In this document: positions 38,251 to 48,914 of the stretch, one piece after another
How the letters are laid out: each line of letters begins with the position of its first letter
Position numbering within the stretch: the stretch's first letter is position 1
Assembly: GCA_029266735.1 (NCBI GenBank)
Contig: JAQSWG010000034.1
Location: forward strand, 9,694 to 73,693
Length of the DNA stretch: 64,000 nt
Origin: Ornithinibacter sp.
GTDB lineage: Bacteria > Actinomycetota > Actinomycetes > Actinomycetales > Dermatophilaceae
Direction of reading: 5' to 3'
Translations under genes and position numbers: made by a program
The notes under the pieces: generated by a model
Told to the model about the DNA's origin: nothing
What the model saw: the letters and a program-made list of their open reading frames with translations, nothing else
The model's database searches: none

Positions 38251-38769
38251 TCAGGCGCGTCGCGTGAACGCCCGCACCTGCCAGAGGAGAACCCCGACGA
38301 ATCCCAGCGCGAGCGCGCCGAGCCAGGGCCCCCATCCCTCCGGAGTGCGTGTCGCGAGTGCGCCGATGACGGCTGCCGTGATGCCGGCCCAGACCAGGGA
38401 TGCCGCCTGCTGCACCCACCGACGGGCCGTGTCCGGGGCGAGGTCGGCTCCTGCCGGCCAGGACCCCAGCAACGTGAGTGCGAGGTGGGTGATGATCACC
38501 GCCGCGGCCGCCGCCGCCGCGAGCGCCCAGTCGAGGACGGTCGTGGGGACGCCACCGGGAACGGCGACACACAGGAACTGAGCGAGCAGCAGGGCGAAGG
38601 CACCCCAGCCGCCGGGCTGCGCCAGGGCCCAGAGCGTGGTGACGACGAGGACGCCGAGGGCGATCGGCGCGAAGGCCGGCAGCCCGGCACCGGCAGCGAG
38701 GAGGACGACGAGGTCAGCCCCGAGAACGGTGCCGACGGCGGTGCGACGCCAGGTGCGGTTGGGGATCAC
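38251..38769 (-). CDS. Hypothetical membrane protein of the MoxR cluster
   Basis: Multiple hydrophobic helices; overlaps the DUF58 stop by 4 bp. Confidence 0.7.
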   Translation of the reverse strand: MIPNRTWRRTAVGTVLGADLVVLLAAGAGLPAFAPIALGVLVVTTLWALAQPGGWGAFALLLAQFLCVAVPGGVPTTVLDWALAAAAAAAVIITHLALTLLGSWPAGADLAPDTARRWVQQAASLVWAGITAAVIGALATRTPEGWGPWLGALALGFVGVLLWQVRAFTRRA

Positions 38770-40148
38770 CGGGACACCATCCGCGGCGCCCGGGCGCGTC
38801 GGGTGACTCCGCGCAGCACGGTGTCGAGCGAACCGGGGCCGCGCCAGGGGATGATCGGGACACCGGCCTCCGAACAGCGCCGGGCCTCGCGCTCACGGTC
38901 GAGGAGCCGGAGCCGCCACACGAGCTGGGCGACCCTCCCATCCTCCACACCGGTTGCCGCGCGGACCGCCTCGTCGGGGGCGTCGCTCCGCGCGAGCTCC
39001 GGGGGCAGCGTGTCGACGACGATCACCACGTGGCCGCTGCGCGAGAGCCGTACCGCGTGCGAGAGGGGCTCGGCGGAGACGAGCGAGCTCAGCAGGACGA
39101 CGAGCGCGCCCGGCGGGATGCTCCGCCCGAGCTGTGCACGCAGCTTCTTGTGCTCGCCGACGGTGCCGCGACTGGGCTCGGCTCGGCCGAGGCCCAGGAG
39201 GACACGAGCGAGCTGACGGTGCCCACCGACCGCGGGCACCTCGACGATGTCGGCGCCACCGAGGACCGAGAGGCCCACCCTGTCGCCGGTCGATAGGTAG
39301 TGCGCCGCGACGGCTCCGGCCGCCTCGACCGCCACGTCGAGGCTGGAGCGGCGTCCGCTCTCGACGTCACGCTCGCCGAGGTCCCGGAGGGCGTCGAGCA
39401 CGAGACGCACCTCGGCGTCCTGGTCGGCGTACGTCGTCGTCACGTGCAGCTCCCCGGTGCGGAGCGACACCGGCCAGTGGATCCGGCGCAGCCGGTCGCC
39501 GGTGCGGAAGGGACGGATGTCGGCCAGCTCCGTGCCGCCGCCGGCCCTGCTCGACCGGTGCTGTCCGACGAGTCCCACGGGGTGGGGCAGAGCGGCTCGC
39601 GAGGTGAAGGCGCCCGGCGTCGGCACCGTGGCGATCGACTGGGTCCGCTGGTCCGGCCAGAACCACGTGAACGCGGCGAAGTCCCCGAAGGCCCGCACCT
39701 GGGCCGGGCCCAGTCGTCGGACACCCCAGCGGTCGGCTCGCACCAGTATCCCCACCGGCACGGTGTGGACGGTCGTCGTCGAGCCGGACCTGTCCAGCCG
39801 CGCAGCGCGTCGCGGTATCGCACGGGACACGTGGCCGTGCGACGGCGTCGTCGTCGACCAGTCGTCTGCCGCAAGGTGCGCCACGACGTCGCGCAGGCCT
39901 GGAACCGGTGTCACGTCGACCCGCCAGGTGACGGTCTCACCCTCGCGGGCCACGTCGTCGCTGAGTCCGGTTCCGACCGCCGGTGCGTCATGGGGCCGGG
40001 TCACGAGCGACCAGACGACGAGGGCCACGAGGGGAACGCCGATGACGGCGAGGTCGCCGCGCCCCCCCACCGCGGCGGCCGCCAGGGCGAAGACGCCGAT
40101 CGCGGCGGCCCTGCCCAGTGCCCGTGTCGGGCGCCAGGCCGATCTCAT
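38766..40148 (-). CDS. DUF58 domain protein
   Basis: ELADIRPFRTGDRLRRIHWPVSLR, LVLD, GDRVGL, VIVVDT. Confidence 0.85.
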   Translation of the reverse strand: MRSAWRPTRALGRAAAIGVFALAAAAVGGRGDLAVIGVPLVALVVWSLVTRPHDAPAVGTGLSDDVAREGETVTWRVDVTPVPGLRDVVAHLAADDWSTTTPSHGHVSRAIPRRAARLDRSGSTTTVHTVPVGILVRADRWGVRRLGPAQVRAFGDFAAFTWFWPDQRTQSIATVPTPGAFTSRAALPHPVGLVGQHRSSRAGGGTELADIRPFRTGDRLRRIHWPVSLRTGELHVTTTYADQDAEVRLVLDALRDLGERDVESGRRSSLDVAVEAAGAVAAHYLSTGDRVGLSVLGGADIVEVPAVGGHRQLARVLLGLGRAEPSRGTVGEHKKLRAQLGRSIPPGALVVLLSSLVSAEPLSHAVRLSRSGHVVIVVDTLPPELARSDAPDEAVRAATGVEDGRVAQLVWRLRLLDREREARRCSEAGVPIIPWRGPGSLDTVLRGVTRRARAPRMVSR

Positions 40149-40232
40149 GGCCGCGCCGTCCGGCCGCCCGGCTGTGGCGGACGTGACCGGCGGACGGGGC
40201 GGTGGAAGGGACTCACGGGATGGGCGTGCCGA

Positions 40233-41213
40233 TCAGCGGGCGGCCTGGGGCCCCGACGCCACCGCGGTGCGGGGTGTGCGGACGGTTCGGAGCAGCTCGG
40301 CCACGACGGTGCGGGAGGACACCTCGCTCATCCACAGCTCGGGACGGATGACGACCCGGTGCTCGAGCACTGCCGGGGCCACCGCCTTGATGTCGTCCGG
40401 GGTGACGTAGTCCCGCCCACGCACCACGGCATACGCGCGCCCGACGAGGAGCAGCGCGAGCGATCCCCTCGGGGAGGCGCCCATGAGCGTCTGCTCGTGC
40501 TCTCGCGTGGCGCGAGCAAGGCCCACGCAGTAGCGCCCGACCTCCGGCGAGACGGTGACGTCCTCCATGGTCGCCTGCAGCTCGAGCAGCTCGGTGGCGT
40601 CCACGACCTGACGGGCCTGCTGCTCCTCCCGCCGCCGGGCCATCCGGCGGCCGAGCACCTCCCACTCGTCATCGGCGCCCGGATAGCCGAACGCGACCCT
40701 CACGAGGAAGCGGTCGAGCTGTGCCTCGGGCAGCGGATAGGTGCCCTCGTACTCCACCGGGTTCGCGGTCGCGAGCACGTGGAAGGGCTGCGGCAGGGGG
40801 AACGTCTGCCCTTCCACGGTGACCTGGTGCTCCTGCATCGCCTCGAGCAGGGCCGCCTGGGTCTTCGGTGGCGTCCGGTTGATCTCGTCGGCGAGCAGCA
40901 GACCGGTGAAGACGGGACCCTTGCGGAACTCGAAGACGCCTCGCCCCTGGTCGTAGACGAAGCTGCCCGTCAGGTCGGACGGCAGGAGGTCGGGGGTGAA
41001 CTGGGCCCTGGTGAAGTCGAGCCCGAGCGCCTGTGCGAAGGTCCGCGCCGCGAGGGTCTTTCCGAGCCCCGGGTAGTCCTCCATGAGGACGTGTCCACCG
41101 GCGAGGATGCCGGCGAGCACGACCTCGGTGGCCGCGCGCTTGCCGACGATGACGGTGTCCACCTCGTCGAGCACCGCGGTCACGCGTCGGTGGGCAGTGG
41201 CGATGTCGCTCAC
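40233..41213 (-). CDS. MoxR family AAA+ ATPase
   Basis: EDYPGLGKT, QFTPDLLPSD, ADEINRTPPKTQAALLEAM, NPVEYEGTYPLPEAQLDRF, SPRG. Confidence 0.95.
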   Translation of the reverse strand: MSDIATAHRRVTAVLDEVDTVIVGKRAATEVVLAGILAGGHVLMEDYPGLGKTLAARTFAQALGLDFTRAQFTPDLLPSDLTGSFVYDQGRGVFEFRKGPVFTGLLLADEINRTPPKTQAALLEAMQEHQVTVEGQTFPLPQPFHVLATANPVEYEGTYPLPEAQLDRFLVRVAFGYPGADDEWEVLGRRMARRREEQQARQVVDATELLELQATMEDVTVSPEVGRYCVGLARATREHEQTLMGASPRGSLALLLVGRAYAVVRGRDYVTPDDIKAVAPAVLEHRVVIRPELWMSEVSSRTVVAELLRTVRTPRTAVASGPQAAR

Positions 41214-41665
41214 GACGTCTCCTTCGGTTTCAGCGCCTCGAGCTCGGTGATGAGGCGGTCGACCTCGTCGAGGTCCAGGGAGCGGGGAGGGCCGGAGAGG
41301 TAGGCGGCGAGCCTGCCCCCGGTGAGGGGGCGACCTCTCGTCCGGTCGTCGGCGATGGCGCGGACGAGCTGGTGCAGCTCGACGGCTGCCGTGGCGTCGT
41401 TCGCGGCCGGGCCCAGCAGCCGGCGGAGCGTGGCGATGCCGGGCTCGGGTGGGACGTCGTCGGTGCGGCCGGACCGCCACGTCCAGTCGATGCCGTCGTG
41501 GCGGAGCAGAGGAGGGAGCCCGAGGACGGCGCCGACGAGAAGCGCGAGCGTGGCCGCTGCAAGCAGCGCGACCGGGCCCCGCGCCACCGTGACGAGGACG
41601 AGGGCGCAGGCTGCCGCCGCGACGCCGAGGAGGATCCGCCGGTTCGGCGACGGCGGCTCAGCCAC
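41210..41665 (-). CDS. Hypothetical membrane protein of the MoxR cluster
   Basis: Two N-terminal TM segments; overlaps both neighbours. Confidence 0.7.
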   Translation of the reverse strand: MAEPPSPNRRILLGVAAAACALVLVTVARGPVALLAAATLALLVGAVLGLPPLLRHDGIDWTWRSGRTDDVPPEPGIATLRRLLGPAANDATAAVELHQLVRAIADDRTRGRPLTGGRLAAYLSGPPRSLDLDEVDRLITELEALKPKETS

Positions 41666-42401
41666 GGCTGTGGGGACCGACCTGCTGGCGGCTTCCCCGG
41701 ACGTCCACCTCGAGGGCTCGGTAGGCCTCCTCGGCGCGTGCCCGGTCCTCCTCGGTGAGCGAGTGGCGCGACCAGCGGGCCTCCCGGTAGAGATCCGCGA
41801 GGGTCCCCAGCGTCTCCGGGTCCACCTCGAACCGCCGTAGCGCGTCGAGTGTCACCTCGGTCGCCGTGCGGGAGGGGGACAGGGTCACGCCGGCGTCGTG
41901 GAGGGTCGCTTCGAGGTGCACCCACGCGGCGACCACTCCCTCGGCGGGTGTGCCCGCCGACAGCGCGTCGATCCTGGCACTCGAGCCGCTGGTCACCGCC
42001 ACCGCGAGTGCGTCGAGGTCCAGGTCGGTCACGGTGTCGGTGGGCGGCACGAACCGATCGCGGCGGGCGGCGAGGACTGCCCGGACGAGGAACCACAGGC
42101 AGACTGCGGCGAAGAGCCCGAACAGGGCGAAGGCGCCCCAGCCGAGGACGCCGGCCACGACGTCACTGGTCTGGGCACCGGGGGTGGGGTCCCTCTCGAC
42201 GACGACGTCGGGCGTATACCCGCCGAAGCCCTCTGGGGCAACCTCCTGATCGACCTCGAGACCCGGTCTCAGGGAGGGGATGACGTACTCGGGTCGCGGG
42301 ACGGCGGCGGCCCAGACGACGGCGAGGAGGCTGAGCACCCCGATCGCCGCGATCGCGGGTTGGCGGCCCAGTGTGCTCGTGACGGCGGTGGTTGACGGCA
42401 C
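41658..42401 (-). CDS. DUF4129 domain membrane protein
   Basis: VVAAWVHLE...PSRTATEV...LADLYREARWS; start uncertain. Confidence 0.75.
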   Translation of the reverse strand: MPSTTAVTSTLGRQPAIAAIGVLSLLAVVWAAAVPRPEYVIPSLRPGLEVDQEVAPEGFGGYTPDVVVERDPTPGAQTSDVVAGVLGWGAFALFGLFAAVCLWFLVRAVLAARRDRFVPPTDTVTDLDLDALAVAVTSGSSARIDALSAGTPAEGVVAAWVHLEATLHDAGVTLSPSRTATEVTLDALRRFEVDPETLGTLADLYREARWSRHSLTEEDRARAEEAYRALEVDVRGSRQQVGPHSRG

Positions 42402-42468
42402 GCAACACACCCAACCAGACCGGATGTGGCGCCGTGGGGCTTTGGGCGGTAACGATTGGGGGGTGGTG

Positions 42469-43137
42469 ATGGCCTACCGACTGCGCGCCGGTGACACCGG
42501 ACCGGTGCAACAGTCGCCGGTCACGTGCGGGTCCGCCTGCCTGACCGTCGCCCGCATGCTCGTCGACCCGCACTTCGCGTCGTGGATCCGGACCGGCAGC
42601 CCGGTTCTTCCCGGATCGCCCGCTGGGGCAACCGAGGCCGAGCGCTTCGCGGCCTACGAGCGGGTCGTCATGAGGAGGACCAACGGGATCCTCGGCGGTG
42701 GTCGGCCGTCGGTTCCGTGGCCTCGGCGCCTCGGGACCCCGCCCTGGGGGGCGCTGCGGGAGCTCGAGCTGGGTGCGGCCCGACGCGGCACCGAGTACAC
42801 GATCGAGGTGCTACGCACCGATGACGAGACCGAGCTGGTGCGGGCGTTCGACACCCTCGTCGACGTCGTGGCCGAGGGTGAGCCGGCGCTGCTGTACGTC
42901 GGCAGCCGGCTCCTGCCTCGTCACGTCGTCCTCGTCCTTCCGGGGGACGGCGACCGGATGCTCGACGTCTACGACCCGACGACGGGCCGGGTCGACCACC
43001 TGCGCCGGGACACGGTCGTGCATCGACGACTCGGCCTCAGCGGCTGGGACATCCCCTGGGTCGTCGTGCGGCCCACCGGTCTGCGGACCGTCCGGTCGCT
43101 GGCCTACGCCGCGGACCTCGGTCCGGCCCCGGCCTGA
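42469..43137 (+). CDS. Putative papain-like (C39-like) cysteine peptidase
   Basis: [11 protein letters not shown] (Gln/Cys), PRHVVLV (His), YDP (Asp). Confidence 0.6.
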   Translation: MAYRLRAGDTGPVQQSPVTCGSACLTVARMLVDPHFASWIRTGSPVLPGSPAGATEAERFAAYERVVMRRTNGILGGGRPSVPWPRRLGTPPWGALRELELGAARRGTEYTIEVLRTDDETELVRAFDTLVDVVAEGEPALLYVGSRLLPRHVVLVLPGDGDRMLDVYDPTTGRVDHLRRDTVVHRRLGLSGWDIPWVVVRPTGLRTVRSLAYAADLGPAPA

Positions 43138-43167
43138 CCGGTACCAATCCCGCCCAGGCGTGCGGCG

Positions 43168-45697
43168 TCAGGCGACCGGCTTGGCGACCGGCACGAGCTC
43201 GACGTCCCGCGCCCCCAGCTCCTCGCCGAGGGCGTAGTCGAGCGCCCCGGTGAGGCGACCGGCAGCCCGGAGGTCGGGCTCCGCGACGCGCACGTGGGCG
43301 AGCACCTCGTCCGATCCGACCAACGTCATCGACGGAACCTCGGCCCGCATGCCGACCTTCGCCTCGGACTTCGCCTTGCGGATGGCGGCCAGCGCGGCAC
43401 CGACGGCTCCGAGCATCTCCGGCCGGCGCGAACAGCCGGAGGACCACGTCGAGCGCGAGGCGCAGGGTGGCGCGTGCGCTGGCCGCGGCGGCGTCGCCCT
43501 GCGCACCGTACGCGCGGTCCTTGACGAGCTCCAGGTAGTCGTCGCAGAAGCTCCAGAAGAACTGCTCGGTGACCTCGAGGGCGCGCGTGAAGTCCCACGC
43601 CTCGAAGCTCTCGGTGGCCCGCTCGACGACGTCGCGCAGGCCCGCGAGGAGGGCCAGGTCGAGCGGATGGCTGACCTGCGCGCGCGGGTCACCGGCGACG
43701 TCGCCGAACGACAACGCGAACTTGCTCGCGTTGAGCACCTTGATCGCCAGGCGACGGCCGACCTTGATCTGGCCGGTGTCGTACGCCGCGTCCGTGCCGA
43801 GGCGACCGCTGGCCGCCCAGTAGCGCACGGCATCCGCACTGTGCAGCTTGAGGACCTCCTCGGGCGTGACGACGTTCCCGCGCGACTTGGCCATCTTCTT
43901 CCGGTCGGGATCGAGGATCCAGCCGCTGATCGCGGCGTGCGCCCATGGGACGCAGCCGTGCTCGAAGTGCGAGCGCACCACCGTGGAGAAGAGCCAGGTC
44001 CGGATGATGTCGTGCCCCTGGGGGCGCACGTCCATCGGGAAGACCTTCTCGAACAACGGGTCCGGTGAGGAGCCGTCGCTCCCACGCCAGCCGCCGGCGA
44101 TCTGAGGGGTGAGCGATGACGTCGCCCACGTGTCGAAGATGTCGGCGTCGCCCACGAAACCGCCGGGCACGCCGCGCTGGTCCTCGGTGAAGCCGGCCGG
44201 CGGGTTCGCCGCCGGGTCCACCGGCAGCTCGGCCTCCGAGGGGACGATGGGGTGGTCGTAGTCGGTCTCCCCGTCGGCTGCGACCGGGTACCAGACCGGG
44301 ATCGGGACACCGAAGAACCGCTGCCGCGACACGAGCCAGTCACCGTTGAGGCCGCTGACCCAGTTGGCGTACCGCGAGCGCATGAAGGAAGGGTGGAACT
44401 CGATCTCCTCACCGCGCCGGATGAGAGCCGCGTTGAGGTCCGCGTCCCGGCCGCCGTTGCGGATGTACCACTGGCGGGAGGTGACGATCTCCAGGGGCTT
44501 CTCGCCGCGCTCGTAGAAGTTGGCCATCCGCTTGGTCGGGGTGGGCTCGCCCTCGAGGTCGCCGGACTCACGGAGGGCGGCGACCACGGCCTCACGCGCC
44601 CCGAACGCGCTCTTCCCGGCCAGCTCGCCGTCGTACAGGTGCTCACCCGGCCCGCCGAGCAGCCACTCCGGCACCTCGCGCTGGAGGCGGCCGGTGCGCG
44701 TGATGAGCGAGCGGGTCGGCAGCCGCAGCTCACGCCACCAGATGACGTCGGTGAGGTCACCGAAGGTGCAGCACATCGCGATACCGGCGCCCTTGTCCAT
44801 CTCGACGGCCGGGTGCGCCAGGACCGGCACCTCGACGCCGAAGAGGGGAGTGCGCACGGTCGTGCCGAACAGCCGCTGGTAGCGCTCGTCCTCGGGGTGG
44901 GCGATGAGGGCGACGCAGCTCGGGATGAGCTCGGGGCGAGTCGTCTCGACGTGGACCGGACCGTCGGCTGCGTGGAAGGCGATGCGGTGGTAGTGGCCGG
45001 GATAGTCGCGCGCCTCGAGCTCCGCCTGGGCCACCGCGGTCTGGAAGGTGACGTCCCACAACCCCGGAGCCTCCGCCTGGTACGCCTCACCCCGGGTGAC
45101 GTTGCGCAGGAACGCCTGCTGGGCGGTGGCGCGTGAGGTGTCGTCGATCGTCCGGTAGCTGATGGACCAGTCATAGCTGTGACCGATCCGCCGGAAGAGC
45201 GACTCGAAGGTCGCCTCGTCCTTGACGGTGAGCTCCTCGCAGAGCTCGATGAAGTTCTGGCGCGAGATGGGCGTCTCGTCGGCGGCCCTCGTGCTGCGGG
45301 CGTCGCCGCGGAACGGCGGCTCGAAGTCGGGGTCGTGGTGCAAGGTGGCGTCGCCACGCACGCCGTAGTAGTTCTGGACGCGCTTCTCGGTGGGGAGACC
45401 GTTGTCGTCCCACCCGATGGGGTAGAAGACGTTGAAGCCGGCCATCCGCTTGTAGCGGGCGACGCAGTCGGTGTGCGTGTAGCTGAAGACGTGGCCCATG
45501 TGGAGAGAGCCGCTCGCCGTGGGCGGAGGGGTGTCGATGGAGAAGACGTCCTCCCGCGGTCCTGCCAGCGCCGCCTCACGGTCGAACGCGTAGGTGCCCT
45601 CCTCCTGCCAGACCGGGCCCCACTTGTCCTCGAGACCGTCCAGTGACGGCCGGTCCGGCACGGAGGCAGCGCGGGGCGAGGGGAAGGGCTCGGTCAT
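43168..45697 (-). CDS. valS: Valine--tRNA ligase (type 2/archaeal-like) with an apparent frameshifting deletion near the 3' end
   Basis: [18 protein letters not shown]; main frame loses homology after LRLFAP (about 43424); native C-terminus [14 protein letters not shown] continues in another frame to the stop at 43168. Confidence 0.9.
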
Positions 45698-45805
45698 GGC
45701 CGACATCCTCCCAGACCTCCGGGCAGGTGCTCACCCGGGTTCGGCCCCGTGGGGCGCTGCGGGACGCTGGCACCGGGGAGCGGACGCTGGCCTAGGGTGA
45801 GGGCC

Positions 45806-46561
45806 ATGGAGCCCGTGTACCGGCCCGTCATCTCGGCGGCCAAGACCCTGTTCTTCGTCCAGGGCACTCGCTTCACGATCACCGGGGAGGAGCACGTGCC
45901 ACGCGTGGGAGGCGCGGTCATGGCGATCAACCACACCTCCTACCTCGACTTCATGTATGCCGGCCTGCCGGCCTGGCCGCACCGGCGATACGTCCGCTTC
46001 ATGGCGAAGAAGTCGGTCTTCACCCACCGCGTCACCGGTCCGCTCATGCGGGGGATGCACCACATCCCGGTCGACCGCCACAAGGGTGGCGAGGCCTTCA
46101 CCGCTGCCATTCGCGCCCTGCGTGCGGGCGAGATCGTCGGTGTCTTCCCGGAGGCGACGATGTCCCGCTCGTTCGAGCTCAAGGAGTTCAAGCCGGGCGC
46201 GGTGAAGATGGCGCAGGTCGCCGGCGTGCCGTTGCTCCCGACGACGATCTGGGGCGGCCAGCGGGTCTGGACCAAGAACTTGCCCAAGCACGTGCGCCCC
46301 GGCTCGCGGGTGCCGGTGAGCATCACCGTGGGCGCCCCCATCCAGGTGGAGCGACGCGAGGACGTCGCCGCGGCGACGGAGCGGCTCAAGGCCGCGATGC
46401 AGGCCCAGCTCGACGTCCAGCAGGCCGTCTACCCGACGCTGCACGGCGAGGACCTCCGGTACGTTCCCGTACGCCTCGGTGGGACGGCGCCCACGCCCGA
46501 GGAGGCCCACGCGGCGGACCTCCACGACATGACCCGCACGCGCGACAAGTTCACCGGCTGA
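45806..46561 (+). CDS. 1-acyl-sn-glycerol-3-phosphate acyltransferase family protein
   Basis: NHTSYLD, FMAK, IPVDR, VFPEAT. Confidence 0.9.
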   Translation: MEPVYRPVISAAKTLFFVQGTRFTITGEEHVPRVGGAVMAINHTSYLDFMYAGLPAWPHRRYVRFMAKKSVFTHRVTGPLMRGMHHIPVDRHKGGEAFTAAIRALRAGEIVGVFPEATMSRSFELKEFKPGAVKMAQVAGVPLLPTTIWGGQRVWTKNLPKHVRPGSRVPVSITVGAPIQVERREDVAAATERLKAAMQAQLDVQQAVYPTLHGEDLRYVPVRLGGTAPTPEEAHAADLHDMTRTRDKFTG

Positions 46562-46642
46562 CGAGCTGCCCCAGCCAACCCTTGTCGTTTCTCCACGGCG
46601 TCGGGCACAGTGGGCCGGAGGCCGAGTGAAGGGTGGAGGGCC

Positions 46643-47470
46643 ATGGCGGCACGTCGGCCGACAGCCGCTCGTGGGACGTTCCGGAACGGGATGGAGTTCC
46701 TGACCTGGGGCGCCGGCCCGAAGACCCTCCTGTTCATCCAGGGAGGTCCCGGGAGTGCCCTCCCCACCGGGCTGTCAGCACGCGTGTCCCAGCGGTGGTT
46801 CGACCCCTTCCTCGACGCGGGGTATGCCGTGTGGATCGTCACCCGTCGGAGGAACATGCCGCCCGGGCACACGGTCGCCGACATGGCCGGCGACTACGCC
46901 GGCATGATCTCCGAGGAGTTCGGCGGACACGTCGACCTCCTCGTGGGCGAGTCCTTTGGCGGCATGGTCGCCCAACACCTCGCCGGACGTACCGGCGTGA
47001 CCTTCGGTCACGTCGCCCTGGTGGCGAGCGCGGCCGGGGTCAGCGCGTGGGGCAAGACGGTGGACTCCCGCCTCGCGGCCGCCATCGCCCGGGGTGACCG
47101 GGTGGGCACGGGGATGGCGTTCACCGAGTACGTGCTGCCGGGTGAGCGGAGCCGGTGGCTGCGTCGCCTGGTCGGCGGCTGGATGGGGCGCAGTCTCCTG
47201 TCCGGGAAGAGCTATCCGGCGTCGGACCTCCTCGTCGAGACCGAGGCGGAGATGTCGTTCGATGCCCGGCCGGTGCTACCGCTCATCGCGGCGCCGGTCC
47301 TGGTGGTCTGTGGTGACCGTGACCGGTTCTTCCTGCCCGACGTGGTCGACGGGACCGTCTCGACGATCCCCGACTGCACTCTGGACCGGTACGAGGGGAA
47401 GGGCCACGTGGCCGTGGCGTCGAGCCGACGAGTTCCGCGCGACGTGCTGGCCTTCGTCAGCCGGATGTGA
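46643..47470 (+). CDS. Alpha/beta hydrolase
   Basis: GESFGG nucleophile elbow, CGDRD, KGH. Confidence 0.85.
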   Translation: MAARRPTAARGTFRNGMEFLTWGAGPKTLLFIQGGPGSALPTGLSARVSQRWFDPFLDAGYAVWIVTRRRNMPPGHTVADMAGDYAGMISEEFGGHVDLLVGESFGGMVAQHLAGRTGVTFGHVALVASAAGVSAWGKTVDSRLAAAIARGDRVGTGMAFTEYVLPGERSRWLRRLVGGWMGRSLLSGKSYPASDLLVETEAEMSFDARPVLPLIAAPVLVVCGDRDRFFLPDVVDGTVSTIPDCTLDRYEGKGHVAVASSRRVPRDVLAFVSRM

Positions 47471-47517
47471 CCACGTGGCCCGTCGGGTGGCAGCAGTCGG
47501 TGGGACGGCGGCGACGG

Positions 47518-48057
47518 TCAGACCGGGTGGCCGAGGTGGGCGAGGGCCTGCCGGAGCAGCACGCCGTGGCCGCGGTCCATCTCCGCCTGCACCCCGGGAT
47601 CGAGCGCCTGGTCCGGAGTGAACCAGGTGAGGTCGAGCGAGTCGTTCTGGGGCGCGCAGTCGCCGGTCACGGGCACGACGAAGGCCAGCGACACGGCGTG
47701 CTGACGCGGGTCGTGGAACGGCGTCACGCCGGGAGTGGGGAAGTACTCAGCCACCGTGAACGGCTGCGGGCTCACCGGGACCTGCGGAAGCGCCATCGGA
47801 CCGAGGTCCTTCTCGATGTGGCGCAGGAGGGCATCGCGGACCCGCTCGTGGTGCAGGACCCGGCCGGACACGAGCTCACGGCTCACGGTTCCCTCGGCTG
47901 CGAGCCGCAGGAGCACCCCGACGGCGGTGACGGAGCCGCGCTCGTCGACCCGCACCGGGACGGCATCCACGTAGAGGATCGGCAGCCTCTCCCGGGCCGC
48001 GTCGAGGTCCTCGCGGCTCAGCCAGGCGGGGTCTCGGTCCAGCTCGAGGGGACTCAT
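47518..48057 (-). CDS. NUDIX-like protein (DUF4916 type)
   Basis: LPILYVDAVPVR, LVSGRV, AEYFP, DPRQHAVSLAFVVPV. Confidence 0.8.
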   Translation of the reverse strand: MSPLELDRDPAWLSREDLDAARERLPILYVDAVPVRVDERGSVTAVGVLLRLAAEGTVSRELVSGRVLHHERVRDALLRHIEKDLGPMALPQVPVSPQPFTVAEYFPTPGVTPFHDPRQHAVSLAFVVPVTGDCAPQNDSLDLTWFTPDQALDPGVQAEMDRGHGVLLRQALAHLGHPV

Positions 48058-48914
48058 GGCGACGATGGTGCCACGTCGGCCGCCTCGAACTGGACCGGCT
48101 CCTCGAACGCCGCTCGTCGAGCGGCCCGCCGCAGCGCTCCCAGGACCGCACGACCGGTGACGAGCACGAGCACCCCGGTCGTCACCGCCCGGCCGATGTC
48201 CCATCCGAGACTGGTGGCGAGGGTGAAGACGAGGAACCGGTGGAGGTTGTCCAGCAGCGGAGCGCCGGGCACGAAGGACAGCTCGCTGGCCAGCCCGGTC
48301 GCAAACGGCCAGAAGGAGAGGTTGAGCAGGAGCCCGTAGCCCAGTCCGGCCAGGGCGCCGTAGGCGGCGAGGAGCAGCACCTCGGCCCGCCCCCGTGCGG
48401 GTGGCAGGAGGCCCGCGCCCCAGCCGACCCATGCCGCCCCGAGCATCTGGAACGGCAGCCACGGCCCGACACCTCCGGTGACCAGTGCTGAGGCGAACAG
48501 GGTCACCGCTCCGAGCACGAACCCGAAGCCGGCGCCGAAGACCCGCCCGCCCAGGACGAGGAGGAAGAACACCGTCTCGAGACCGGCAGTGCCGGCGCCG
48601 AGGGGCCGGAGGGCGGCGCCTACCGCCGCCAGGACCCCGAGCATCGCGACGGCCTTGACGTCCATCCCTCCCTCGCTGATCTCGGCGAGGACGACGGCGA
48701 GCAGCAGGGGGAGGATGAGCGCGAAGACCAGGGGTGCGTCGCCCCCGTGGGCGAGTCCGGACCCGGGCGACACGAGGAGCGGCCAGCAGAAGGCCACCAG
48801 TCCCGCGGCGCTGACCAGCCCGACCGCCGCGGCGGAGCGCGGCCGCAGGGCGAGCACCCGCGTCCGACGACGTCGACCCGGCGAACCGGCGTCGCCGACC
48901 CTGCGCTCGCTCAC
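48054..48914 (-). CDS. ECF transporter S component (CbrT-like)
   Basis: AMLGVLAAVGAALR, GFGFVLGA, GGVGPWLPFQM, SLGWDIGRA. Confidence 0.85.
   Translation of the reverse strand: MSERRVGDAGSPGRRRRTRVLALRPRSAAAVGLVSAAGLVAFCWPLLVSPGSGLAHGGDAPLVFALILPLLLAVVLAEISEGGMDVKAVAMLGVLAAVGAALRPLGAGTAGLETVFFLLVLGGRVFGAGFGFVLGAVTLFASALVTGGVGPWLPFQMLGAAWVGWGAGLLPPARGRAEVLLLAAYGALAGLGYGLLLNLSFWPFATGLASELSFVPGAPLLDNLHRFLVFTLATSLGWDIGRAVTTGVLVLVTGRAVLGALRRAARRAAFEEPVQFEAADVAPSSP

Noticed and set aside
43400-43440. Programmed ribosomal frameshift as the explanation for valS
   Set aside because: No slippery site, and conserved residues are absent from all frames
45698-45805. T-box upstream of valS
   Set aside because: No T-box consensus; short spacer with leaderless-type promoters on both strands
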